From a bacterium (GTDB lineage Bacteria > UBA8248), in contig CBDATS010000008.1 of NCBI GenBank assembly GCA_965200245.1, positions 333,183 to 397,182 on the forward strand: a DNA stretch of 64,000 bases, written 5' to 3'. This document shows, in pieces, positions 21,301-31,117 of this stretch. The stretch's first letter is position 1. The number at the start of each line of letters is the position of its first letter. The position numbers and the translations under genes are program-made. Below the pieces are notes generated by a model that worked only from the letters and a program-made list of their open reading frames with translations, did no database searches and was not told the origin of the DNA.

Positions 21301-21357
21301 TCCCTCGCATCTCCGGCTTCGCGCTTTTCCAAGCTATCACTGGATAGGAGGAACAAG

Positions 21358-22269
21358 ATGTCCCCAAAAAAGGACGAGAAAAAAACGATCGGTTTCATCG
21401 GTCTGGGCCTCATGGGACAGGCCTTTTCCAAAAATCTCATTGAAGACGGCCATCGTCTTGTGGGAACCGACGTGCTGGCGGGGGCGATGCGAAAATTCAG
21501 GCGCTTGGGAGGAGAGACTCTCGAATCGCCCCGCGACGTGGCCGAAGCCGCCGATGTCGTATTCATCTCCGTTCCCAATTCGAAGATATCTCTCCAGACC
21601 GCGCGGGGGAGAGAGGGTTATCTGGCCTGTTCCCCTGATTCGGCGCCAGATGTTGTACTCGACACGACAACGTCGGATCCGGAGGATTCGAAAAAACACG
21701 CGAAACTGTGCAGGGAAAAGGGGATTCCATATCTTGAAGCGAGTGTAAGCGGCAACAGTGGTTTCGTGGCGAGACGGGAGGGTCTGTTTCTCATCGGCGG
21801 GAACAAAAAGGCCTACGAGAGTGTGGCGCCGCTTTTGGAGACGATGCTGTCTGATCAGGTTTACTGCGGGCCGTCGGGCTCGGGGGCCGCGATGAAAGTA
21901 GTTGTGAACTACATGACTGCCATGGGGCGTTGCGTCATCGCCGAAGGCTTGCGCTTGGGGATACGAAGCGGATTCGGGAAAGATTTTTTGTTCGACACGC
22001 TCAAGAGAAGCCGTGCGGGCGACTCGAGAATGTTTCATTCCCACGGTGGCAACATGGTGCGGGGCCGGTTTGACCATCCCCTGAGTACCCTGGACGTCAT
22101 CCGGAAGGACATTGGGCTGGGTCTCAGACTGGCCAGGAGAAACAGCGCCGTGACGCCTTTGGGCAACGCATGCGCGCCGTTGTACAGGGAAGGCGCGCGT
22201 GCAGGCAATGGAGAACTGGACAGTTCGGCGGTCTATTTGTCCTACCTGGATCGAGAAAACAGGAAATAG
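21358..22269 (+). CDS. NAD(P)-dependent beta-hydroxyacid dehydrogenase family (HIBADH-like)
   Basis: IGFIGLGLMG, EASVSG, G.GAAMK.V.N, KD..L. Confidence 0.88.
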   Translation: MSPKKDEKKTIGFIGLGLMGQAFSKNLIEDGHRLVGTDVLAGAMRKFRRLGGETLESPRDVAEAADVVFISVPNSKISLQTARGREGYLACSPDSAPDVVLDTTTSDPEDSKKHAKLCREKGIPYLEASVSGNSGFVARREGLFLIGGNKKAYESVAPLLETMLSDQVYCGPSGSGAAMKVVVNYMTAMGRCVIAEGLRLGIRSGFGKDFLFDTLKRSRAGDSRMFHSHGGNMVRGRFDHPLSTLDVIRKDIGLGLRLARRNSAVTPLGNACAPLYREGARAGNGELDSSAVYLSYLDRENRK

Positions 22270-22338
22270 GGAACCTCCTGCTTCTTTTGGGATGGAAGGG
22301 GCCAGGGATGTCTAGCATTTCAAAAATGGGGGTGGCTG

Positions 22339-23349
22339 TTGTCCAAGGAAGCATACGATTTGGCGGATAAGAAATCCACGCTCATCGTTGTGGGCGACAT
22401 GGAGATTGATCGCCCCGAACCACGGAACACATTTTCGAAGGTCGCCACTTATCTGAAAGCGGCCGATCTGCGTTTCGGTGGACTGGAAGCTTCGCTCTCC
22501 CGGCTGGGAGAGCCTGCGAGCGGGAAGATCGTGATGCGTCACGACCCGGAAATGATTCAGGGGTATCTCGAAGGCGGCTTCGAGGTCCTGGCATTTGCCA
22601 GCAACCATTCCATGGACTACGGGGTCGAACCGTTCGTCGATACGTTGGAGTTGCTGGAGCGAAACGGAATCGCATATTCGGGCGCGGGCCGGAACATTCA
22701 GGAAGCGCGAACTCCCGTTGTTATCGAGCGAGGCGGCGTGCGGTACGGGTTCCTGTCTTACGTGCTGGAACTCCCCCTGGGCTGGGGGGCAGGCCCTGCG
22801 AAGCCTGGTGTCGCACCCATCCGGCAGGATGCGCTCTATGGTCCTCCCTACGTCAACGAGGAAGATTTGGAGGCGATGGTCGTCGACGTTGAACGCGCGC
22901 GGCCGAGGGTTGATTCCCTTCTGGCCTCGTTCCACTGGGGTGCGAGCCAGAGCCGCACCCTCACGCTTTCCCAGCAGGCGGTAGCGCACGCGGCTATCGA
23001 GGCGGGGGTGGACATCGTCATCGGCCATCACCCTCACATCGTGCAGGGGATCGAAGTGTATCGCGGCAAACCTGCTTTCTACGCACTCGGAAACTTCGTT
23101 CTGGATCACGACCACCCGATGTTCCTGCCCTCCGCGCGTGAATCGATTTGCCTGAAGGTGACCTTGAGAGACGGGGTGCCAGACCAAGCGGTGATATCGC
23201 CGGTATTGATCGAAACGGATGGCAGCCCCCGGATCCCGGGACCTGAGGATCCGAAATCGGCGGAAATTCTGGGTATTCTCAAAATCCTTTCGGACAGGCT
23301 GGGAACGCGATTTGAGATATCCGGGGGAGAAGGGACAGTGGCACTATGA
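22339..23349 (+). CDS. CapA/PGA_cap family metallophosphoesterase, no signal peptide
   Basis: VGD, ASNHSMDYG, HWG, GHHPH, YALGNF. Confidence 0.88.
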   Translation: MSKEAYDLADKKSTLIVVGDMEIDRPEPRNTFSKVATYLKAADLRFGGLEASLSRLGEPASGKIVMRHDPEMIQGYLEGGFEVLAFASNHSMDYGVEPFVDTLELLERNGIAYSGAGRNIQEARTPVVIERGGVRYGFLSYVLELPLGWGAGPAKPGVAPIRQDALYGPPYVNEEDLEAMVVDVERARPRVDSLLASFHWGASQSRTLTLSQQAVAHAAIEAGVDIVIGHHPHIVQGIEVYRGKPAFYALGNFVLDHDHPMFLPSARESICLKVTLRDGVPDQAVISPVLIETDGSPRIPGPEDPKSAEILGILKILSDRLGTRFEISGGEGTVAL

Positions 23350-23397
23350 ATCGCTTTTTTGCGTCCATTTCAAGTGGCGAGGCGCGGGGAATCCATC

Positions 23398-24141
23398 ATG
23401 GAGCTAAAGGGTAAGGTTTTCGTCATCACGGGTGCGGCCCGGGGAATCGGCGCGGAAGCCGCAAGACGGTTCTCGGGAATGGGTGCTGACGTTGTGGCCC
23501 TGGACGTGAACGAAAAGGGCCTGCGAAGCCTGGAAGCGGAATCGGGGGGCGTCATCCTCGGCGTGCGTGCGGACATCTCGAACCCGAAGGACGTCGAGGG
23601 TGCTTTTGACGCGGCGGTGACGAGATTCGGTGGCGTGGACATCTTGATCAACTGCGCCGTCATCCGGGGAAACGGCCCCCTGGCGAAGGTCGAGGAAGCC
23701 ACGGTCGACCTTGCGCTCGGCGTTGGTCTCAAGGGCAGCATCCTGTGCGTGAAGCGCGCGGCGGAAGAGATGAAAAAACGAGGCGGCGGTGCCATCGTCA
23801 ACATGTCGAGTTTCTACGCGCGCACGCCTGCGAAAGAACGCGTGGTCTATGTCGCCGTAAAGGGAGGTGTCGAGGGTCTCACTCGCTCGCTGGCCGTTGA
23901 ACTGGCCGATTGGAACATCCGCGTGAACGCTATTGCGGCGGGTCCGGTGCTGACGAGGCTCAGGGAGTCGCAGGGAGAGGGCGACCCCGATAACCTGGCG
24001 GAGCGCTATCGCAAATCCCCCATGGGCAGATTCGGCCGGGTCGATGAGGTGCTCGACGCGATGGAATTCCTGATGACGCCACGTTCTTCCTATATGACAG
24101 GCCAGATTCTGGTACTGGATGGTGGTTTGACCATCGTGTGA
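23398..24141 (+). CDS. Short-chain dehydrogenase/reductase
   Basis: TGAARGIG, YVAVK, IRVNAIA.G, GQ.L..DGG. Confidence 0.92.
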   Translation: MELKGKVFVITGAARGIGAEAARRFSGMGADVVALDVNEKGLRSLEAESGGVILGVRADISNPKDVEGAFDAAVTRFGGVDILINCAVIRGNGPLAKVEEATVDLALGVGLKGSILCVKRAAEEMKKRGGGAIVNMSSFYARTPAKERVVYVAVKGGVEGLTRSLAVELADWNIRVNAIAAGPVLTRLRESQGEGDPDNLAERYRKSPMGRFGRVDEVLDAMEFLMTPRSSYMTGQILVLDGGLTIV

Positions 24142-24157
24142 TGTTTTTGGATGAAAG

Positions 24158-24254
24158 TGGCGGGAACGCGTGGGAGTCGAACCCACCGACGAAGTGATTA
24201 GCCCCGTCCACTGGATTTGAAGTCCAGGCGGCACACCAGCACCGATGCGCTCCC
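24158..24254 (-). tRNA. selC: tRNA-Sec (anticodon UCA)
   Basis: Minus strand: 8-bp acceptor GGGAGCGC/GCGTTCCC plus GCCA; 6-bp D stem CGGTGC-TGGT-GTGCCG; anticodon arm CTGGA-CTTCAAA-TCCAG; long variable arm GACGGGG/CTTCGTC; T arm GTGGG-TTCGACT-CCCAC (8/5 fold). Confidence 0.97.
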
Positions 24255-24407
24255 ATTGAGAGAATACAATGCCTGGGGATGGTTCCGAAAGCGCCGTCCG
24301 GGTATTGGTACGTCTCGAAGTGCGAGAATGGGGGTGGGGCGCTTGTTCTCTGAACAGGAAAGCCCTAAAAGGGATCAAAAATCATCTTCGACAAGGGAGA
24401 TACGAAA

Positions 24408-25304
24408 ATGTCGCAACGTGTGGGTATCGTAGGCATGGGACTGATGGGCCAGGCCTTCATCAAGAACATGCGCGAGACGGGCTATGAGGTGCAGGGTTTC
24501 GACGTGGACCCTGCTCGTATGGACGATTTGCGCGAAAAGGGAGGTGAACCCGTCGAGACGCCCGCAGCAGCGGCCAGGGACGTGAACTTCCTGATTACTT
24601 CCCTGCCCACAAGCGATGTCGCGCGCGAGGCGACTCTGGGCGAGGGCGGCATCGCCGAGGGAGCGAAAGAGGGTCTTTACCTTCTCGATACGACGACCTC
24701 GCGACCCGAGGATTCCGTTCGACTGGCCAGTGATTTGGCAGAACGAGGAATCCGCTTTCTCGATTCTGCCGTGAGCGGGACGAGCACAATGGCGATATTG
24801 AAGGATCTGGTGGTCATCGCCGGGGGAGAGGCGGAGGATTTTGATGCCTGCCGCGCCGTTTTCGCGGGTTTCAGCCGGGCGGCCTACTACATGGGGCCGG
24901 TGGGTTCGGGCGCGCGGACAAAGCTCGTCATCAATATGATCCTGGCGGGCAACCGCCTTGCCTTGGCCGAGGGGCTCATGCTCGGAACGAAGGTAGGTCT
25001 CGAGATGGATACCCTTTTGGAAGTGCTGAAAGACGGGGCGTGTTTCTCCAAGACGATGATCGACAAGGGCCCCAAGATGATTCACGCGGAATACTCGAAA
25101 CAGGGTCAGGTGAAGACTTCCCTCAAGGATTCGCGCCTCATGCTGGAACAGGGCCGCCTTCACGGATCACCCATGTTGCTCACGAACCTGTGGTCCCAGG
25201 TGGTTCAGATGGCCTATGAGCGGGGCTACGGCGAGGAGGACACCGTGGCTTTCTTCGAGGTGCTGCGTGAGATGGGGGGCCTGCCTTCCAGGGTTGCTGA
25301 CTGA
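24408..25304 (+). CDS. NAD(P)-dependent beta-hydroxyacid dehydrogenase family (HIBADH-like)
   Basis: VGIVGMGLMG, DSAVSG, GSGARTKLVIN, KD; paralog of 21358..22269. Confidence 0.9.
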   Translation: MSQRVGIVGMGLMGQAFIKNMRETGYEVQGFDVDPARMDDLREKGGEPVETPAAAARDVNFLITSLPTSDVAREATLGEGGIAEGAKEGLYLLDTTTSRPEDSVRLASDLAERGIRFLDSAVSGTSTMAILKDLVVIAGGEAEDFDACRAVFAGFSRAAYYMGPVGSGARTKLVINMILAGNRLALAEGLMLGTKVGLEMDTLLEVLKDGACFSKTMIDKGPKMIHAEYSKQGQVKTSLKDSRLMLEQGRLHGSPMLLTNLWSQVVQMAYERGYGEEDTVAFFEVLREMGGLPSRVAD

Positions 25305-25423
25305 GGCATTGCGGTGCTCCGTCCGTTTTTCGGGATATCGATATTTTCTTGCCTCAAGAGCGCACATCGTTCTGCGCGCACATTTTTTCGCCCGCACGTC
25401 CCCTCCCGCAAGAGAGCGGGGCA

Positions 25424-26392
25424 CTACTTGCGGATGGTGCCGAAGCTGAAGCCCGTGATGAGGTGCTTCTGGATCAGGATGCCCAGGATGACCACGGGAA
25501 CGGTGATGACGGTGCCAATCGCCGCCTGTGGCCCGTAGAGCCTGCCCTCCACTGCGCTCTGGAACTTGTTGAGCAGTATGGGCAGCGTGATGACGTTCGG
25601 CTGGGTGAGTGTCAGCGCGAGCAGGAACTCGCTCCAGTTCAGGATAAAGATGAACAGGAAGGTCACTACCATGCCCGGAGCGACCAGGGGCAAGACCACG
25701 CGGCGCAGGGTATAGATGCGGCCGGCGCCCATGATTCGCGCGGCATGCTCGATGGTCGTGGGCACCTCTTCGATGAAGTTCAGCATCATCCAGATGACGA
25801 AGGGCAGTGTAGTCGCAGTATAGAGGAGACCGAGGCCGATGTAGGTGTCGATCAGGCTGATCCGGTATCCGAGCAGCGCGGTGGTCGCGAACGGTATCAG
25901 GATGGCGTAGTACATCACGACGGGAATCGCGATGATGATGGGCGGCACCATACGAATGGTCAGAATCATGTAGCGGAAATACTTTCCGCCCACGTTGAAG
26001 CGCGATATCGAATAGGCTAGGAACGTGCCCAGCAGAAGGGCGACCAATGCACTGACGGAGGAGATGAGCATCGAGTCTCGTACCGCTCCCCAGATCGTGA
26101 AGGCCTGTTCGGTGTATTCCCGGCTGAGTCCTTCACCGTGCCCGACCACACTGAAAATCTGCATGTAGTTGTGCAGGGTGGGTTTGTATCCCCCGCCGAG
26201 GAAGGTCGGGAACCAGTTCGGCGGCCAGGCTACCCAGTCGCCCGTATCCTTGAAGGAAGTCGAAACCATCCAGAAAATGGGAAACATGATCATGAGCGCC
26301 CAGCCCAGCAACGCGGCATGGCGGAACCAGAAGAAGAGTTTGTAACGCTTGGCGAAGGACATCTCCGCGCGCTTGCCTGCGTCGTTCGTCAT
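25424..26392 (-). CDS. Carbohydrate-type ABC permease (MalG-like)
   Basis: PIFWM..TSFK, EAA-like EHAARIMGA, WSEFL.AL. Confidence 0.92.
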   Translation of the reverse strand: MTNDAGKRAEMSFAKRYKLFFWFRHAALLGWALMIMFPIFWMVSTSFKDTGDWVAWPPNWFPTFLGGGYKPTLHNYMQIFSVVGHGEGLSREYTEQAFTIWGAVRDSMLISSVSALVALLLGTFLAYSISRFNVGGKYFRYMILTIRMVPPIIIAIPVVMYYAILIPFATTALLGYRISLIDTYIGLGLLYTATTLPFVIWMMLNFIEEVPTTIEHAARIMGAGRIYTLRRVVLPLVAPGMVVTFLFIFILNWSEFLLALTLTQPNVITLPILLNKFQSAVEGRLYGPQAAIGTVITVPVVILGILIQKHLITGFSFGTIRK

Positions 26393-27342
26393 CTCATTCG
26401 CTCCTCTTCAGCGATGGACCGCTCCCGCACGAGCAGATAGATGCCATAGAAGATGAGTGCCCCGAAAATGAAGAGCAGGATGATGGAAGCGGCCGCTCCG
26501 AAACTGTACTTGTTGAACTGCCACACCTGCCGCCACAGGAAGAAAGCGATGGTCTCGGTCGATGTGCCAGGCCCGCCGAAGGTGAGCAGCACAGACAGAT
26601 CGAACAGCTTTAGTGCCTCCATCGATCGAATGATGACGGCGATCATGATCGCGGGCTTGAGCAGGGGTAGATGCACCTTCCAGAATATCTGCCACCTGCT
26701 CGCTCCCAGAACGCGGGCCGCGTTGGTGAGTTGCTGTGGTAGCGCGGTGAAGCCCGAGAGGAAAATCAGAAAGGTAAGCGACGTCCACTGCCATACGTCG
26801 GCGAGGATGATCGCCCACTGTGCGGCGATGGGGTGTGAGAGCCAGCGGATACGGGGGTCCATCCCCAAGGCTTCCGTGAGGGGAGCGAGAATCTGGTTGA
26901 GAGGGCCCGAGTCGATGTAGATCATCGAGAAGTTGTAGCCCCCCACCACGGGCACCACCATCATGGGAATCAGGAAAATCGTGATGTATATCCGCCTGCC
27001 CCTGAACTGTTTATAGGCCAGCATGGCGAGAAGAAAACCAAAGATCAGTTCGAGTATGACCGCTGTTCCCGCGAAGTAGAATGTCCTTCCGAGCGCCCAC
27101 CAGAAGTCTTCAGTGGTGAGGACGCGGACGTAGTTCGAAAAGCCGTGAAAATAGGCTTGCTCGAAGGGCCGGTTGGCACGCCATTTGAGGAAGCTGATAT
27201 AGATGGTGAGAATGAAGGGAATGGCGAGAAGCAGGAGGAAGGTCGCCTCCACCAGAATGAACGGAATCAGGCGGAATACCTTCTCCTGCGACAGCCAGGC
27301 AGAAAAGCTCTTGCGTTCTCTTATCGTCGATGCTTGAGCCAT
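26389..27342 (-). CDS. Carbohydrate-type ABC permease (MalF-like)
   Basis: DVWQWT, AARVLGAS.WQ.F....LP.LKP, GGPG. Confidence 0.92.
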   Translation of the reverse strand: MAQASTIRERKSFSAWLSQEKVFRLIPFILVEATFLLLLAIPFILTIYISFLKWRANRPFEQAYFHGFSNYVRVLTTEDFWWALGRTFYFAGTAVILELIFGFLLAMLAYKQFRGRRIYITIFLIPMMVVPVVGGYNFSMIYIDSGPLNQILAPLTEALGMDPRIRWLSHPIAAQWAIILADVWQWTSLTFLIFLSGFTALPQQLTNAARVLGASRWQIFWKVHLPLLKPAIMIAVIIRSMEALKLFDLSVLLTFGGPGTSTETIAFFLWRQVWQFNKYSFGAAASIILLFIFGALIFYGIYLLVRERSIAEEERMR

Positions 27343-27385
27343 CGTATCTTCGTATCAATCTCTTATGAAAACGTATCGCGCGATA

Positions 27386-27417
27386 CGCCCGCCCCGACGT
27401 CGAAACCGGGGCGGGCG
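27386..27417 (-). other. GC-rich stem-loop downstream of SBP gene
   Basis: CGCCCGCCCCG ... CGGGGCGGGCG; abuts a second palindrome CGTATCGCGCGATACG (27372-27387). Confidence 0.6.
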
Positions 27418-27435
27418 CTCCCAATGACGCGGTAT

Positions 27436-28911
27436 CTAGTTGGTCGGCGCGAACTTGTCGATGTAAGCGCCGCTGGCGACGCTCTCTCTCCAGGCCTTGA
27501 TCTGTTCTTTCCGGCCGATGTCGTCTGTGATTCGGTTCCAGCCTTTTTCGACGTTCTTCGCCGCCTGCCCGGCGGAGATGTTGCCCTGCATGACCTGCGC
27601 CATATTCTTGTCGAGCACATTGAAGTACTCATAGTTCCCTTCGATCATGAGCAGGGAGATGGCGTTTTTCGCGTTCTTCATGGTCATCTTGACGAAGGGC
27701 TCGGTGTGCTTGGCGAGCACGGCCTTGTTCGTCAGGTTCGAAGTGCGCATCGGGTCCCAGAAGCCCGCCGGGTCGGCGATGGCCTCATCACCCTTGGTCG
27801 GGCCCGTGAACCACTGGATGAAGTAGTAGGCGAGTTCGGGGTGTTTGCTGTGCGCGTTCACCATGTAGCCGGTGCCGGCCGCCTGCGGAGCACGTCGGAC
27901 CATCTTGCCGCTCGCGCCTTTCACTGCGGGAACCGGGCAGGCTAACTGATGGCCGCTGATCTTGCTCTTCGGGTTGCGGTTGGCGTAGCCCATCGCCGAG
28001 GGGAAGGACATGAACGAGAAGGCCTGTCCGCTCGCCCAGTGGGGATAGAGTTGCGGTGTTCCCCAACCCTGTACGTCAGGCGGCATGTACTTGACGATCG
28101 AGGTGAACTCCTTGATCGCCCGGATGCCGTTCGGCGTGTTGATGGTGGGTTTCATGTTCTTGTCGAAGAGCAGTCCGCCCATATAGGCCGGGAAGTGCCT
28201 GTAGGAGAAGTTGATGCTTCGGTAGGCCTGTGCACCGTAGAGCGGCTGGTCGAACTTCTTGCCCCAGCGGGTCTGGCCCTTTTTCGTGTGGAAGAACTTG
28301 GCCATCTGTTCCCACTCTGCCATGGTGTCGGGACAACCGGGCTCCTTGCCGAACTTGGTCTTGTACTCTTTGGCAGCGAGCTTCATGATGTCCGAACGCA
28401 GGAAAAGCGCGATGTGGTCGCCGTCGAGGATAAACCAGTAGGTTTTCCCCTTGTACGACTGCTGCGCCAGAAGGCCCGAGTCGATGCCCGTGAAGTCGGG
28501 TTTCCCCTTGGCCATATACGCATCGAGCGGCTGGAGAGTACCCGCGCCGACAGCGTCGGGAATGACGTAGGGGAAGTGGTTGATGACGTCGTACTGCCCC
28601 GTTTTCGCCACGGCTTCGGCCATGATTTTGGCGGGGATGTCGGTGTAGCCGTACTGGATGGTCTTGATTTTGACGCCGGTGAGTTTCTCCCACTCCCTCA
28701 GGTACTTCGGCTGGGAGTTCTTGAAGAGCGAAATCAGAAGCATCGTCTGGGTCGGATTCTTCAGATTGTGCTTCTTGATGTACGCTTTCGCTCCGTTGAT
28801 AGCGCGTTCCTCAACCGTCTTGCCGGGATGGACCATTGCGGCGATGGCCGTTGAGGTAACGAAAACCGTACAGCCCATCAGAATCAGTGTTGCGAGAATG
28901 ATTCTCTTCAT
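27436..28911 (-). CDS. Extracellular solute-binding protein (family 1, sugar-type)
   Basis: Signal peptide; WEKLTGVKI, GQYDV, position within the CUT1 operon. Confidence 0.88.
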   Translation of the reverse strand: MKRIILATLILMGCTVFVTSTAIAAMVHPGKTVEERAINGAKAYIKKHNLKNPTQTMLLISLFKNSQPKYLREWEKLTGVKIKTIQYGYTDIPAKIMAEAVAKTGQYDVINHFPYVIPDAVGAGTLQPLDAYMAKGKPDFTGIDSGLLAQQSYKGKTYWFILDGDHIALFLRSDIMKLAAKEYKTKFGKEPGCPDTMAEWEQMAKFFHTKKGQTRWGKKFDQPLYGAQAYRSINFSYRHFPAYMGGLLFDKNMKPTINTPNGIRAIKEFTSIVKYMPPDVQGWGTPQLYPHWASGQAFSFMSFPSAMGYANRNPKSKISGHQLACPVPAVKGASGKMVRRAPQAAGTGYMVNAHSKHPELAYYFIQWFTGPTKGDEAIADPAGFWDPMRTSNLTNKAVLAKHTEPFVKMTMKNAKNAISLLMIEGNYEYFNVLDKNMAQVMQGNISAGQAAKNVEKGWNRITDDIGRKEQIKAWRESVASGAYIDKFAPTN

Positions 28912-29064
28912 CTCGATTCTTCCTCCCTCCGTTTTAGAATAAGGTAACGACTTGCTTGTGAATCGCCGAGATCAAACACAAAATCCCTGATACCAAGTTG
29001 TGCCTGTTTCCTTTTACGTTGCAACTGTCTTGCGATACGGCCTTACAGACGTTTTGCCCTATTT

Positions 29065-30138
29065 CTATTCCAGCCTCACGCCGCTTTCGGCATCGAAAAA
29101 GTGCATGCCGCCCGGTCGAAAGCTGAAGTGGATATTATCGCCGGTGCTGAACTCGCGATCAGCGTCCACTTTCGCCACGAGGTATTCCTCATCGCCGCAG
29201 GAGAAAAAGATAAGGGTTTCGTCTCCCATCGGCTCGATGAGTTTGACTTCACCCGCCGCGCCTTCATCCCCGATGCTCACGTTCTCGGAGCGCACCCCGA
29301 GGTTGATCTCTTTCCCAAGGGAGGTGCTAGGTACGGCATCCTGCGGGAAGTTCATCTCGAAATATTCGCAGACAAACCTTGCAGAGTCTCCGTTCTCGAC
29401 ACGACCGGGAATGACGTTCATCGTCGGTTGGCCGAAGAACGTACCCACGAACTGGTTATTCGGTTTTCTGTATATGCCGAGGGGGGTATCGATTTGCTGC
29501 ACGTATCCGCTTTCCATGACCATGATGCGATCCGCCATCGTCATGGCCTCTGCCTGATCGTGGGTGACGTAGACGAAGGTGGATTTGAGCTCCTCGTGCA
29601 GGCGCTTGAGTTCGGTGCGCATCTCGATGCGCAGCTTGGCGTCCAGACTGGAGAGCGGTTCGTCCATGAGCAGGACCTGAGGTGCGGTGATGATCGTTCG
29701 CGCGAGAGCCACCCGCTGCGCCTCCCCGCCTGAGCACTGGGCGGGTTTCTTGGCGAGCAAGTGGGATATCTTCATCGTCTGGGCGACTCTCGATACCCGT
29801 TCTTTGACTTCCGCATCCGCAACCTTGTCCACACGCAGGCCGAAAGCGATGTTCTCGAAGACGGTCATGTGGGGGAACAGCGCGAGATCCTGGAACACCA
29901 TGCCCAGGCCGCGATCACCCGGTTCGAGATGGTTCACGACGCGATCGCCGATCATCATCGTGCCGCTCGTGGGTTCCTCGAAACCGGAAATCATGTTGAG
30001 TGTGGTGGTTTTTCCACAGCCCGAGGGCCCCACAACCACCATGAATTCGCCGTCGCTCACTTCAAGGTTGACGCCCGCAACAGCGGTTACGGTTTCACCG
30101 AATTTTTTCACCAGGTTCTGGAGCGTAATGGAGGCCAC
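29065..30138 (-). CDS. ABC ATPase (MalK/UgpC-like)
   Basis: GPSGCGKTT, CSGGEAQR, MDEPLS.LD, YVTHDQ, C-terminal TOBE. Confidence 0.95.
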   Translation of the reverse strand: MASITLQNLVKKFGETVTAVAGVNLEVSDGEFMVVVGPSGCGKTTTLNMISGFEEPTSGTMMIGDRVVNHLEPGDRGLGMVFQDLALFPHMTVFENIAFGLRVDKVADAEVKERVSRVAQTMKISHLLAKKPAQCSGGEAQRVALARTIITAPQVLLMDEPLSSLDAKLRIEMRTELKRLHEELKSTFVYVTHDQAEAMTMADRIMVMESGYVQQIDTPLGIYRKPNNQFVGTFFGQPTMNVIPGRVENGDSARFVCEYFEMNFPQDAVPSTSLGKEINLGVRSENVSIGDEGAAGEVKLIEPMGDETLIFFSCGDEEYLVAKVDADREFSTGDNIHFSFRPGGMHFFDAESGVRLE

Positions 30139-30394
30139 TACAATTAACCCCTTCCAATCGAATGGACAACCAGCATCGTCCCTGACGCAATGGACTCATA
30201 CGGCACAAGTTTTACTCTATACTCAATGATTATGCGCGGATGATATTTTTTTTTCAACCCTCGCGTTCTGGACCCCGGTGTCGGGGGGGCGATGATTCCT
30301 GTTTTTTCGTATGCTACGTTTTATGGAAGGATTGATTCCTGACGAAGGCGTGGTTCAGGCGGAACGGATGCCTGGAATGACGGTGGAGGCGGCA

Positions 30395-31087
30395 TTGGCG
30401 GAAAATATTCTCATCATCGAAGACGAGACCGACATTCGAGAACTCCTCACCTACAATCTCGAACTTGAGGGGTTCGAGGTTTTGGGCGCGGCCAATGGAG
30501 AGGAGGCCATTCAGGCGCTCAAGGGCGAGCTGATCCGACTGGTTGTTCTCGATCTGATGCTTCCCGATGTGAACGGCCTCGAGATTTGCCGCTACATTCG
30601 GCGCGATTCCGCTCTGAACCGTTTGCCCATCATCATGCTGACCGCCAGAGGCGAAGAAGTGGATCGTATCGTCGGCTTCGAACTGGGCGCGGACGATTAC
30701 GTGACGAAACCCTTTAACATCCGGGAAATGATCCTGCGTGTGAAGGCGGTGCTTGCGCGGTCGAACATATCGCCGATTACGGGCAGAGTGCTCAAGCGCG
30801 GGCCGCTTGCCATCAACCCCGAACAATACGAAGCAACGGTGGATGGACGCCCACTCTCCTTGACGGCGACGGAATTCCGCCTTCTGCACCATCTGGCGGC
30901 TCACCCAGGACACGCCCGGAATCGCGATGAGTTGCTCGATATTATCTGGGGGGAAGATAAGTTCGTCACCCCGCGCACCGTGGACACGTATATTCGCCGT
31001 CTTCGGGAAAAACTCGGCAATGTAGGGGACATGATCCAGACGCTTCGGGGCGTGGGGTATCGTTTCAAGAAGATGCCTGAAGAATAG
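30395..31087 (+). CDS. phoB: OmpR/PhoB family response regulator
   Basis: IIEDE, LDLMLP, GADDYVTKPF, RTVDTYIRRLR, RGVGYR; upstream of phoR-pst; probable TTG start after GGAGG (ORF open from 30311). Confidence 0.85.
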   Translation: MAENILIIEDETDIRELLTYNLELEGFEVLGAANGEEAIQALKGELIRLVVLDLMLPDVNGLEICRYIRRDSALNRLPIIMLTARGEEVDRIVGFELGADDYVTKPFNIREMILRVKAVLARSNISPITGRVLKRGPLAINPEQYEATVDGRPLSLTATEFRLLHHLAAHPGHARNRDELLDIIWGEDKFVTPRTVDTYIRRLREKLGNVGDMIQTLRGVGYRFKKMPEE

Positions 31088-31117
31088 CTGTTCCCGCTAC
31101 CCGAAGGAGACCCGCTT

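Noticed and set aside
22339-23349. Poly-gamma-glutamate capsule locus
   Set aside because: No capB/capC and no membrane anchor
1-24157. att duplication of the selC 3' end delimiting an island
   Set aside because: No second copy of the tRNA 3' sequence found by eye, and no integrase
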